Part shown: positions 51,306 to 60,713 of the stretch, piece after piece
Layout of the letters: each line of letters starts with the position of its first letter
How positions within the stretch are numbered: the first letter of the stretch is position 1
Source: Rhodospirillales bacterium
GTDB lineage: Bacteria; Pseudomonadota; Alphaproteobacteria; SMXQ01
Direction: 5' to 3'
DNA length: 64,000 bases
Assembly (NCBI GenBank): GCA_018666775.1
Contig: JABIXC010000007.1
Coordinates: 96,845-160,844 of the forward strand
Notes under the pieces: model-generated
The model's database searches: none
What the model was told of the DNA's origin: nothing
What the model saw: the letters and a program-made list of their open reading frames with translations, nothing else
Made by a program: the position numbers and the translations under genes

Positions 51306-53222
51306 ATGAGCACAAAAGATAATCCAGTCGAGGAATTCAGACGCGCCACCGCAGCAGCCATGCGTGCGGTTTCCCACAAACGCGAGCTGGAAGTTGAATT
51401 CACCCCGGACCCACCCCGCATCCGGGGTAAAAATGCGCGTCTGCAAACGCCACCCCGTTCTCTGCCCGAGCACGAAGTTTCCAAAGTCCGGGGATATGCC
51501 GACACCATGGCGCTAAAGCTGCGCTTTCATGATGACAAAGTGCATGCGGCCAAAATGCCCCATGGGGAAACCGCCCGGAAAATCTATAACGAGGTGGAAC
51601 AGGCCCGGTTTGAAGCCATCGGTGCCAACCGCATGAAAGGCGTCTCTGACAATCTGGACACGGCCACTGCGGATCGCTGCCGGGCGCTCACCTATGATCG
51701 CGTCAACGAATTCCAGGACATCCCCGTGCCAGAAGTCATTGGCCTGATCGTGCGCGAACAATTAACCGGAAAGCCCGCACCCGACAACATCAAGGAAATT
51801 GTCGATCCCTGGCGCAACTGGGTCAAGGAACGGGCGGGCGAAGATTTCGATAACCTGCGCGAAACCATGGGCGATCAGGAAGAATTCGCGTTGGTGCTCA
51901 ACAAGTTCATCACCGACCTGGCCCTTGGCGATGCCGAAGGCGAAGAAGACATGGAGGGCGAAGCCGCCGGCGAAGGCGAAGACGACGACAGCGAAAACCC
52001 CGAAGCCCAAGGCATGGAAGACGATGCAGACTCCATGGATACCCATGGTGAATCCACGGACGACTCCGAAGACGGCGAGCGCGGCGCATCCGATGAAGCC
52101 ATGGAAGACACTTCCGAAGGCATGGGGGACGGCGAATCCCTGCCCCCAGACGTCCACTGGGCACCCCAGGGGCCATTGTCGAATGAAAAACCCAATTACA
52201 CCGCCCATACCACCGCATTTGACGAAATCATCGACGCCAAGGATTTATGTGACGAGCAAGAACTAACCCGTCTGCGCAACCATCTGGATAATCAGCTTAG
52301 CAATTTGGGCGGCGTCATCAGCCGTCTAGCCAACCGGTTGCAGCGCCGTCTGATGGCAAAACAAGCCCGCAGCTGGGACTTTGATCTTGAAGAAGGCATT
52401 CTCGATCCCGCACGCCTCCACCGTGTGGTGACCAATCCGCTCTATCCTTTGACCTTTAAAATGGAAAAGGAGATGGAGTTCCGCGATACCGTGGTGACCC
52501 TGTTGATTGATAATTCCGGTTCCATGCGGGGACGGCCCATCACCCTTGCCGCCATGAGCGCCGATATCCTGGCCCGCACCCTGGAACGCTGTGGGGTCAA
52601 GGTAGAGATTTTAGGCTTCACCACCCGCGCCTGGAAGGGCGGACAGGCCCGTGAACAGTGGCTGGCTGGTGGAAAGCCCCCCCGGCCCGGTCGGTTGAAC
52701 GATCTGCGCCATATCATCTACAAAGCCGCCGACATGCCGTGGCGACGCACCCGAAAAAACCTTGGCCTGATGCTGCGCGAAGGCTTGCTTAAGGAAAACA
52801 TCGATGGCGAGGCCCTGTTATGGGCCCATAACCGGCTGATCGCCCGCCCGGAACAACGCCGCATCCTGATGGTGATATCAGACGGCGCCCCGGTGGATGA
52901 TTCCACCCTTTCTGTTAATCCAGGAAATTATCTGGAACAACATTTGCGCCAGATCATTGAATGGATTGAGAGCTATTCACCGGTTGAACTGGTTGCAATC
53001 GGCATTGGCCACGACGTAACCCGCTATTACAAACGGGCCGTGACCCTGGTCGATGCAGAACAATTGGGCGGCACGGTCATGGACAAATTAAGCGAACTGT
53101 TCGATGAGGACTACATCCCCGCTGCTGAAAAAGCCCAAAAGACAGCCAAAGGCACGCCCAAGGGCCCTGTAAAAAGCACGGCGAAAAGCACACCAAAACC
53201 GTCTGCTAAAAAGAAAGCCTAA
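51306..53222 (+). CDS. cobT: Cobaltochelatase CobT-like vWA protein
   Basis: Acidic linker, [19 protein letters not shown] and ISDGAPVDD. Confidence 0.93.
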   Translation: MSTKDNPVEEFRRATAAAMRAVSHKRELEVEFTPDPPRIRGKNARLQTPPRSLPEHEVSKVRGYADTMALKLRFHDDKVHAAKMPHGETARKIYNEVEQARFEAIGANRMKGVSDNLDTATADRCRALTYDRVNEFQDIPVPEVIGLIVREQLTGKPAPDNIKEIVDPWRNWVKERAGEDFDNLRETMGDQEEFALVLNKFITDLALGDAEGEEDMEGEAAGEGEDDDSENPEAQGMEDDADSMDTHGESTDDSEDGERGASDEAMEDTSEGMGDGESLPPDVHWAPQGPLSNEKPNYTAHTTAFDEIIDAKDLCDEQELTRLRNHLDNQLSNLGGVISRLANRLQRRLMAKQARSWDFDLEEGILDPARLHRVVTNPLYPLTFKMEKEMEFRDTVVTLLIDNSGSMRGRPITLAAMSADILARTLERCGVKVEILGFTTRAWKGGQAREQWLAGGKPPRPGRLNDLRHIIYKAADMPWRRTRKNLGLMLREGLLKENIDGEALLWAHNRLIARPEQRRILMVISDGAPVDDSTLSVNPGNYLEQHLRQIIEWIESYSPVELVAIGIGHDVTRYYKRAVTLVDAEQLGGTVMDKLSELFDEDYIPAAEKAQKTAKGTPKGPVKSTAKSTPKPSAKKKA

Positions 53223-53387
53223 AGGGTTTCGCTTTTCCCCTTACTGGCCCCTACTGGCCACATTCTGGACACAATCGTCCCCGAAGCTTGGCCCCTGAAA
53301 ACGGGGTAAATCTTATTTTATAAAATTTGGCGTCTGGGCATCCGCGCGCTCCATTCGCCATATAAAAATGCTTGGAGGCACAAACCC

Positions 53388-54256
53388 ATGACAAAAGACT
53401 TCAAAGAAAAATTTATCGACCTTTACGATGACTATGTTCACAGCGATGAACCGCGCCGGGATTTCCTGAAAAAACTGGTCAAAACCGCTGGCGGTGCTGC
53501 CGCTGCTGCGGCTGTTCTGCCATGGCTGGAAGGCACCGGTGCCGAAGCCGCATGGTTCAGGTCAAAGACAGCCGCTTGGTAACCGGCGTCGAAAAATTCC
53601 CGGGCGCCACCGGGGAAATGACCGCCTATGTGGCACGGCCAAAGGGCGCAAAGGGCAAACTGCCCACCGTTGTTGTGATCCACGAAAATCGGGGGCTCAC
53701 CCCCCATATCCGGGATGTCGCACGGCGCTTTGCTCTTGAAGGATTTCTGGCTGTCGCACCGGACATGATCTCACCAGTGGGCGGCACGCCCAAGGACCGC
53801 GATAAGGCCCGTGACATGCTCTATGACATCAACAAGAACGAAACCATCATGAACCTTGTGGCCACGGCCAAATATGCCGGTGCCCACAAGAACAGCTCTG
53901 GCTCGGTCGGCAGTGTTGGGTATTGCTGGGGTGGTAGCATGTCAAATAATCTGGCCTTTCACCATTTAGGCCTGAAAGCCGCCGTCGCCTATTATGGCCG
54001 CCAGCCCAAAAAGGGCTTCGCTGCGGTCAAGGCTGCCTTTTTGCTCCATTATGCTGAAAATGACCGGGGCGTTAATCGGGGTGCCAAAAAATACGTAAAG
54101 GCATTGAAAGATGCGGGCAAAGACGTCACCGCGCATACCTATGCCGGCACGCGCCATGCCTTCAACAATGATGGCCGGCCCGCGCGCTATAAAAAAGAAG
54201 CCGCAGCCCTTGCCTGGAAACGCACCATTGCGCATTTCAAAAAACACCTGGGCTAA
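53388..54256 (+). pseudogene. Dienelactone hydrolase family (YghX-like) gene split by a 1-nt frameshift near 53550
   Basis: The N-terminal part (YDDYVH...RRDFLK...AEAA) and the catalytic part (HENRGL, GYCWGG, HAFNND) are in different frames. One added base at GCCGC^ATG joins them. Confidence 0.8.
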
Positions 54257-54279
54257 ACGGCCACCCATGACTTTTCTAA

Positions 54280-54307
54280 AGGGGGCCGGAAGCAATTCTG
54301 GCCCCCT
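54280..54307 (+). terminator. GC-rich hairpin after the hydrolase gene
   Basis: AGGGGGCCGGAA-GCAA-TTCTGGCCCCCT with a weak U-tail. Confidence 0.55.
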
Positions 54308-54348
54308 ATTGCATTCTTCCAGATCGAGACACAAAAAGGGAGGCAACC

Positions 54349-54720
54349 ATGTCCAAACAGAACCCCATAAAATGTTCAGGCATTGACCATGTCGTTCTGT
54401 ACGTACGCGATCCCGTAATCGCCAGAACGTTTTATGTTGATATTCTGGGGATGACCATCAAACGGGAAAGCACGGGGTATATTTTTCTTCACTGCGGCGA
54501 TCAATTGATAGGCCTGTTCGTAGCAGACGAACAAGCCGAAACCGGCCAAGGCCTGGAGATCAGCCATCTGGCGTTCACCGTCATGGACCAAACCCGCGAT
54601 CAGGTGGCAGCGAACCTTGAAACAAACGGGGTCGCCGTGCATGGACGATCTGGTGATCCCGAATGCATCTATTTTAATGACCCCGATGGCCATTGCCTTC
54701 AGATTATGGCCAGAGGGTAA
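54349..54720 (+). CDS. VOC / glyoxalase family protein
   Basis: GGAGG RBS, IDHVVLYVRD, FYVDILG, HLAF and YFNDPDGH. Confidence 0.88.
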   Translation: MSKQNPIKCSGIDHVVLYVRDPVIARTFYVDILGMTIKRESTGYIFLHCGDQLIGLFVADEQAETGQGLEISHLAFTVMDQTRDQVAANLETNGVAVHGRSGDPECIYFNDPDGHCLQIMARG

Positions 54721-54731
54721 ACTCTAGGCCC

Positions 54732-54763
54732 AAAAAATAAAGGGCCCACCGAATGGCAGGCCC
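54732..54763 (-). terminator. Intrinsic terminator of rpmB
   Basis: Minus strand GGGCCTGCC-ATTC-GGTGGGCCC followed by TTTATTTTTT. Confidence 0.75.
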
Positions 54764-54788
54764 AAAACTTCAAAATGGATAAAAGCGT

Positions 54789-55091
54789 TTAGCTTGTCGC
54801 TTCTGCAGCCGCTGCCGTCTTTTTGGCAATCTGGCGCTTGAGCTTTTGAGCTTCTGGTTCAAGCTTTCGCGTTGGCGTCTTCAAGAGATATGCATCCAAC
54901 CCGCCCGCATGTTCAATGGTGCGAATGGCCGAGGTTGAAATCTTGAGATGAATCATCCGGCCCAGCGCGTCACTCTGCAAGGAAGACTGCTGGATATTAG
55001 GTAGAAACCGACGCCGAGATTTATTGTGAGCATGGCTCACATTATTTCCGACCATGACCTTTTTGCCTGTGATTTGGCAGCGACGTGACAT
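54789..55091 (-). CDS. rpmB: 50S ribosomal protein L28
   Basis: [10 protein letters not shown]...[18 protein letters not shown] and GGLDAYL. Confidence 0.97.
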   Translation of the reverse strand: MSRRCQITGKKVMVGNNVSHAHNKSRRRFLPNIQQSSLQSDALGRMIHLKISTSAIRTIEHAGGLDAYLLKTPTRKLEPEAQKLKRQIAKKTAAAAEATS

Positions 55092-55191
55092 GATGTTTCC
55101 TGTCTCTATCTAATTGAATTTATTGTACAAATTACGAACTTATCATTCCCACCCAGATTGGCACCCAGGCCGATTCGTGCGGGGAACGGGG

Positions 55192-55220
55192 TATTTACCG
55201 GGTTTCCCCTGCCCCGTCAA
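55192..55220 (-). promoter_or_regulatory. Putative sigma70 promoter of rpmB
   Basis: Minus strand TTGACG-N17-TAAATA. Confidence 0.5.
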
Positions 55221-55262
55221 GGGATTCAGGGTGCATCGGGCCCCAAAATGGCTGGATTCGTC

Positions 55263-55742
55263 TTAATCTGTCTTCCGGGGTTTCTTTGGCCCATGAAGAT
55301 CCCAGAATTTTTGCATGGAAAGATAGGTGAACGAGCCCGTCCACGCGATCATCGTCAAGCCCACCAAGGCCTCTACCCCGGTCAACAGCCTGAAGGCCCC
55401 CGTTGGATAAAGGTCGCCGAGCCCCAGAGATGTATAGCTCACGGTCGAAAAATAAATGAATTCAGGAAATCCGCCCGTCGCCTGGCCAATGAGCCCGCCA
55501 ATGGCAAGATGCTGTGCGCTCAGCCAATAGGCGATGCCAAAAATCCAGATTTCTATCGTATGGGCAAAGAACGCTGCAGCCATGATAAACAGAATGCGGT
55601 TGCGTGGGCGAATGGTGAGCGATGGTAACATTTTCGATGCCAAACGCAGAACCTCATAATGGACCAACACACACAGGGTCACCAAAACCACGGCAAGCAC
55701 CATAGAGATCAACATGGAATTCATATCTGCAGGTATGGCCAT
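55263..55742 (-). CDS. Small ion channel pore-domain protein (K+ channel family)
   Basis: Three hydrophobic helices; pore helix and filter YFSTVSYTSLGLGDLYP followed by RLLTGVEALVG. Confidence 0.82.
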   Translation of the reverse strand: MAIPADMNSMLISMVLAVVLVTLCVLVHYEVLRLASKMLPSLTIRPRNRILFIMAAAFFAHTIEIWIFGIAYWLSAQHLAIGGLIGQATGGFPEFIYFSTVSYTSLGLGDLYPTGAFRLLTGVEALVGLTMIAWTGSFTYLSMQKFWDLHGPKKPRKTD

Positions 55743-55779
55743 GGGTAGTGCTCCTCAAACGCTCTGATATCGGGTCTGG

Positions 55780-58224
55780 TCAATCCATCCGGCCAACAGC
55801 GCGCGACAACAAGACATAGACCTTGCCAACATCAGACGTAACAAAAGCCGAGCTTAAAATGCTGCCCGGATCAGATTCTCCGGCCTGTGAAAGAAGATGT
55901 TCAAACCGCTCCAGATATTTTTCCACATGCTTTCGAAAATCAGGATCACTGTTAAACAGGCCCCGAATTTTTTCCTGAACCTTTCGGGTCTCTCTTCCCG
56001 AAAAAATGGCGCGTAAAAAGACGCCCTTATCGCCACGGGAAAACTGGTTCCACAGTTTTTCCGCAAGCGGTTTATCAATAATTTTCACCATGTCGATGCC
56101 AAGTGAATTCAGATCATCCATGACGGTTCTAGACGCCCGCAGAAAATCGTCACGCCCCGCTTCAAAGGTGTTCATACGAACCTTTTTTGCTTCTTCCGAT
56201 GCACGTTCTGATGCCTGTATCAGGTCGTGGGTCTGATTAACAAAAACATCCACAACTTTTTGTCCCTGAACGGCGACGGCACTGATGGCATCGGAAAAAC
56301 TCTGGGACTGTTCATCGAACATATCCTTCATTTTTTCGACATAGGCTGCTGATTCCTTTGAGGACAGCTCTATTTCATGAGACCGCTGGCGGTACAGAGC
56401 CCCAACCCCGTGAATTTTCTCGGCCGCTTTGTCAGATGCGCCCCCAAGCGCTTCGTTCTGACCTTCAAACGCGGCCCGAATGGACTCGATCATGCCAACC
56501 GCTGAGTTTGTCGCCTCGGTAAGCAATCGTGATTCCCGGGAAAGGGAATCGCCGGCGCGCTGCATCCTGACCTCTGTTTCCTGAACGATATTTTCCATAT
56601 CGGTGCCTTCACGGCGAAAGGATTCTGCGATGTTTCCAGCCTGTTCCGACGCTGTCGTGGCGGCCTCTGTCAGCACGGCAACTTCGCGGTTAACCGCATC
56701 AACGATTGCACTCGTGCGCGAAGACAGCTCATCGCTAATGGCATCCAATCCTTGCTGCTGTGCCACCATGGTTTCCCGGATTTCTTCAGCCCGTTCATCT
56801 GCGGCATTTGATGAAGACAGCAATTGTTTTGCCTGAACCTCGAATGCATCACCAATCTGGCTGGCCCGCTGCGATGCCTGTTCTGCGGCCTCTGTTAAAT
56901 GCCGGGTTTCATCTTGCAACAAGACCTTGGTTTCCTCTGCACGTTTGGCCGCAGCACTGGAAACCCGGTCAAGCACTTGCCCCTGGCTTTCCAGAGCGTC
57001 GCCTGCCTTCTGGATCAGCCCAATATGGCGGGTACCTGTGTCTTCAAGCTCTCGGGCCCGGGCCATGAACACGGCGCCAACCTGTTCGACCTGGCCTTGC
57101 ACCGCATTGCCTGCTTTTTCCAACTGTACACTGCGTTCAAACAGCGCATCCCCGGCCGTGTCCAGATTGTCGAGTGCTGTGGCTGATAAATTCGCAACCT
57201 TTTCAGACTGTGTGCCGAAGGTTGTAGCGGCATCAGAGATTTGATCCGAGGCATAGTCTGATGCTTCGGCCATTGCCCGTGCCTGCACCCTGAAAGTCTT
57301 GACAATTTCATCCAGCTGGGCGGCCATGTGTTCGCCTTCTTTCACCAGATCCCGGGCTTTGTCTTCAACGGTTTTTCCCGTTTGTTCGGCCTCATTGGTC
57401 AAGGCCACATATTCGGCCCGCATGGTCGATGCCCGTTTCCGGCAACTTTCCGCAAGCGCCTCGACCTCAGAAGCCGTATCTGCCGTTTCTCTTGAAATTC
57501 GATTGATCTGTTCCGAAAGCAATTCTCCAACGGCTGCCGTCCGGGTTTCAAGATGATCTGCCGCACCATCCAGACTGGCACGCTGAGCAGCCATTAATTG
57601 CTCAACGCTTTCTGCTTTTTCAGAAAGGGTATTGGCTGCATTCACCAACCCTTCAGTCTGTTCAGCCAACGCCCGACCCAGATTATCGCCTTCATAGGTC
57701 ACGCGGTTGGCGATGGCCGCCAGTTCTTCACGCTTCCCATCAAGACGCACCGTTGCATCCCCAATACGATCAACGGTCTCATTGGCGGCCGCATCAAAGC
57801 TTAGGCCAGCGCCCTCCAGAAGACTCTCCATATCGGCCACAGCCTTGCGCATACGTGCTTCTACCGTTTCAGCCATCAATGCACCGGAAGCCGCCAGGTC
57901 TGTGCCATGACGTTCCAGGGTATCGACCACCTCTTTAATGCGCTGATCGGCCTCATCGGCCGGATAAATCAACTGATCAAGTCGCTTTTCCAGTGCCACG
58001 GCAACGTCCGTTACCCGTGCCCTTCCTGCCAGATACACAAGCATAAGCCAGAGAAATGCCAACGGCGCAAAGACGCCGGCGCTGAATGCCCCCAATTCAT
58101 GGGGCAGGAGAAACGCCAGCGCGTCCCATCCAATTTGGGTGGTAATGTAAAATCCTACGGTCCCACACCACGCAATCGTCACCACGATGCCTGTTATGAG
58201 AATGATCTTGATTTTACGCATCAC
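55780..58224 (-). CDS. TipN/GPR-like polar coiled-coil membrane protein (apolipoprotein-like repeats)
   Basis: Two N-terminal TMs, ~600 aa of Ala/Glu/Gln helical repeats, and C-terminal W...GDKGVFLR...FRKHVEKYLERFE...SDVGKVY...GR. Confidence 0.7.
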   Translation of the reverse strand: MMRKIKIILITGIVVTIAWCGTVGFYITTQIGWDALAFLLPHELGAFSAGVFAPLAFLWLMLVYLAGRARVTDVAVALEKRLDQLIYPADEADQRIKEVVDTLERHGTDLAASGALMAETVEARMRKAVADMESLLEGAGLSFDAAANETVDRIGDATVRLDGKREELAAIANRVTYEGDNLGRALAEQTEGLVNAANTLSEKAESVEQLMAAQRASLDGAADHLETRTAAVGELLSEQINRISRETADTASEVEALAESCRKRASTMRAEYVALTNEAEQTGKTVEDKARDLVKEGEHMAAQLDEIVKTFRVQARAMAEASDYASDQISDAATTFGTQSEKVANLSATALDNLDTAGDALFERSVQLEKAGNAVQGQVEQVGAVFMARARELEDTGTRHIGLIQKAGDALESQGQVLDRVSSAAAKRAEETKVLLQDETRHLTEAAEQASQRASQIGDAFEVQAKQLLSSSNAADERAEEIRETMVAQQQGLDAISDELSSRTSAIVDAVNREVAVLTEAATTASEQAGNIAESFRREGTDMENIVQETEVRMQRAGDSLSRESRLLTEATNSAVGMIESIRAAFEGQNEALGGASDKAAEKIHGVGALYRQRSHEIELSSKESAAYVEKMKDMFDEQSQSFSDAISAVAVQGQKVVDVFVNQTHDLIQASERASEEAKKVRMNTFEAGRDDFLRASRTVMDDLNSLGIDMVKIIDKPLAEKLWNQFSRGDKGVFLRAIFSGRETRKVQEKIRGLFNSDPDFRKHVEKYLERFEHLLSQAGESDPGSILSSAFVTSDVGKVYVLLSRAVGRMD

Positions 58225-58338
58225 CCCCCCTTTTTTCTGATTTGCGTACCCTTTGCAGGAAGCCTATCGAACCAAGACCAGCGCGTCCACCACCCTTAGG
58301 GGCAGAGGGATATCAGGGACAACTTTGGGAAAGCGATA

Positions 58339-59223
58339 TTACCAAAGAAATGCGGGAATGGCGGCAATCGGAACCGCGCCTTGGCGCGCGCACAGGGTTT
58401 CAAGCACAGCCCCATCGACGGTTTCACCATAGCCAACACCCAGTTCTTCACCATGAATGCCTGATGTCACCAGAACCGAATCAACCCCAGCATTACAAGC
58501 CCCCAGAATATCCGTTTTCAACGAATCGCCCACCGCCAGAATGCGCGATTTATCCGACATATCCATAAGCGCAAGACAGGCTTCATAGGCCAAAGCATAG
58601 GGCTTTCCAAAATAATGAACGGTGCCCTTCAATGCCGCATATCGATGCGCCAATGATCCAGCACAGATAATGCGGTTGCCCGCCCGGATGACTTCTATAT
58701 CAGGATTGGCACACACCATGGGCAGCCCCAAAGATGCGGCCTTTGACAAAAGCGGTTCATAATCAGAAACCTGTTCATCATCTTGCCATGGCCCGGTATT
58801 CAGGATGAAGGCTCCCGCAACCGGTTCTTTGATAATTTCAAGACCAAGCCCATCCATAAGCCCAAGATCCCTGTCTGGGCCGACATGCAGGCAAACATCG
58901 CCGAGTTCCCCCAACGCGCCCTCAGAGCGGTTTTTAAGGGCATGCCAAGAAAGCTCCCCCGATGACAGAACATCTGTGTAGAGCCCCCGGTCAATGCCCA
59001 TCTCTGTCATGGCATCAATCACTGCGGCTGCGCGACGCGGGGCATTGGAAAGCATGACCACCTTTTTGCCCGCATCTTTCAATCGGCCAAGGGTGTCACT
59101 GACCCCCGGATAAGGAGTGCGTCCATCGTGGATCACCCCCCAAAGATCAAGGATCAATCCGTCATAGCCTTCAACCAGTGGCCCAAGGCGTGGCAGTATT
59201 TTTATTGTGGAATTGGCAGTCAT
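58339..59223 (-). CDS. HAD-superfamily IIA hydrolase (TIGR01459-like)
   Basis: DLWGVIHDG, LSNAPR, CANPD, GKP and VGDSLKTDI. Confidence 0.9.
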   Translation of the reverse strand: MTANSTIKILPRLGPLVEGYDGLILDLWGVIHDGRTPYPGVSDTLGRLKDAGKKVVMLSNAPRRAAAVIDAMTEMGIDRGLYTDVLSSGELSWHALKNRSEGALGELGDVCLHVGPDRDLGLMDGLGLEIIKEPVAGAFILNTGPWQDDEQVSDYEPLLSKAASLGLPMVCANPDIEVIRAGNRIICAGSLAHRYAALKGTVHYFGKPYALAYEACLALMDMSDKSRILAVGDSLKTDILGACNAGVDSVLVTSGIHGEELGVGYGETVDGAVLETLCARQGAVPIAAIPAFLW

Positions 59224-59313
59224 AATCGAAATCTAACCAGCAGTGGAAAACAGGAACTTAACGTCCCAAGACACTGCTTTGTGCCATGAATGGCTGGACT
59301 TGAAAAGCGCGGG

Positions 59314-60579
59314 TTAGCTTTGGCGGGAAATTCTGGGTTCGCCGAACAAATATCCCTGTCCCAGTTCGATCTGATGATCAAGCAGTTCCAAAAGGTCTTG
59401 TTCGCTTTCCAGTTTTTCAACAATCAATTCGATGTTGTTGACATCCATGGCGCGTTTGAGAATGGGAACATTGATCCCAACCACGGTTTCAGTGCCGGCC
59501 CCGCCCTGAGCACCCGCTTTTGCGATTGCCGAAGAAGATGCCAACAGATTGGCCGCATTAATTTTCACAAACTTGAACCGCCGCCGCCGGAGGTTTCTGA
59601 AATCAAGTTTGCTGAGATCACTGATCTGATCGAGAGAGAAGCGGAATCCGAATTGGCCAAGACGGCTAATATATTCTTCGATTTCCTTGCCATGGGTATC
59701 AACATCGGCCTGAGAAAATTCAAAATAGAGGTTTTCGGCCAGCTCCCGGTTCATGCCCATGAATTCAACAAAATCGGAAAAGAACGATTTGTCTTCCAGC
59801 GTATTCGCCGAAATATTGCAGAAAAACCCAACATCGTGACTTTCACTCTGGGCGCGGCGCACCAATTGCACACAGCGGAACAAAAGCATGTTGTCGATGG
59901 CACCAATCAGCCCGTCTTCCTTGGCAACGTTGATATACTGATCTGGCATGATCAGGGCACCACTTTCATCCCGAATACGCGAAAAACATTCATAATACCG
60001 TGGTTTGCGCTGCGGCAGGCTGACGACGGGCTGGAGATAAAGGTCAACCCGGTCTTGGCGCAAGCCTTCCCGAACGATATCAAGAATTTCGGTATCTTCG
60101 AGGCTGCTACGAACCGATGGCGCATCTTTGGATGGCGCTGTTTTGGTATTTGAATTTGCATTTGCATTTGAATTTGCTGCTGGTCTTGGGGCCGTCGCAG
60201 ACGAAAGCTTTTCGATCAGGTTTTGCAAAACCCGGACTTCTCCGACCACACGATCAATGGCTTCCTGGGATTTATCTTCACGGCCATCAACCAGAATTTT
60301 TACATCATCCATGATGCCCGCCATTTGGTTGTGCAAACCATCCGATTCACCGCGCATCGCACTGATTTCAGCGCGCTGCGCCCGGATGGTTGCTTCAAGG
60401 GAAAGCATCTGATCAGCCCGAACATAGGTTTCATGGCCAAGGGCACCCCCAATGGCAACCACGGAGCCTGCAATCCAACCCGCCCAGGGGGCGGCACCCG
60501 GAACGACGCCGGGGAAAATCAAAACCACGGCGGCGGCCAACATCAGATAGGTCGCTGCGATAAATAAATGTTTCAACAC
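59314..60579 (-). CDS. TipF-like membrane protein with degenerate EAL domain
   Basis: Two TMs, coiled coil, LQPVVSLPQRK, ECF in place of EAL, SLDQI in place of DDFG, and GQGYLFGEP. Confidence 0.8.
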   Translation of the reverse strand: MLKHLFIAATYLMLAAAVVLIFPGVVPGAAPWAGWIAGSVVAIGGALGHETYVRADQMLSLEATIRAQRAEISAMRGESDGLHNQMAGIMDDVKILVDGREDKSQEAIDRVVGEVRVLQNLIEKLSSATAPRPAANSNANANSNTKTAPSKDAPSVRSSLEDTEILDIVREGLRQDRVDLYLQPVVSLPQRKPRYYECFSRIRDESGALIMPDQYINVAKEDGLIGAIDNMLLFRCVQLVRRAQSESHDVGFFCNISANTLEDKSFFSDFVEFMGMNRELAENLYFEFSQADVDTHGKEIEEYISRLGQFGFRFSLDQISDLSKLDFRNLRRRRFKFVKINAANLLASSSAIAKAGAQGGAGTETVVGINVPILKRAMDVNNIELIVEKLESEQDLLELLDHQIELGQGYLFGEPRISRQS

Positions 60580-60652
60580 GCCAATATTCTCCTGCCTTCA
60601 GGATGGAGGTATAAATTCTGCAATTTGATAGAGAAACCCTGCCTTTAAGGTC

Positions 60653-60667
60653 TTGAGATATGGTTAA
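60653..60667 (-). promoter_or_regulatory. CtrA-like binding site upstream of the TipF-like gene
   Basis: Minus strand TTAA-CCATATC-TCAA: one mismatch to TTAA-N7-TTAA, and it contains the TTAACCAT octamer. Confidence 0.45.
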
Positions 60668-60713
60668 CAATTCCTAACCATACAGATCAAAACAGATCAA
60701 AATCAACACAGAA

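Noticed and set aside
59290..60153. 287-aa plus-strand ORF
   Set aside because: Antisense shadow of the EAL-domain gene.
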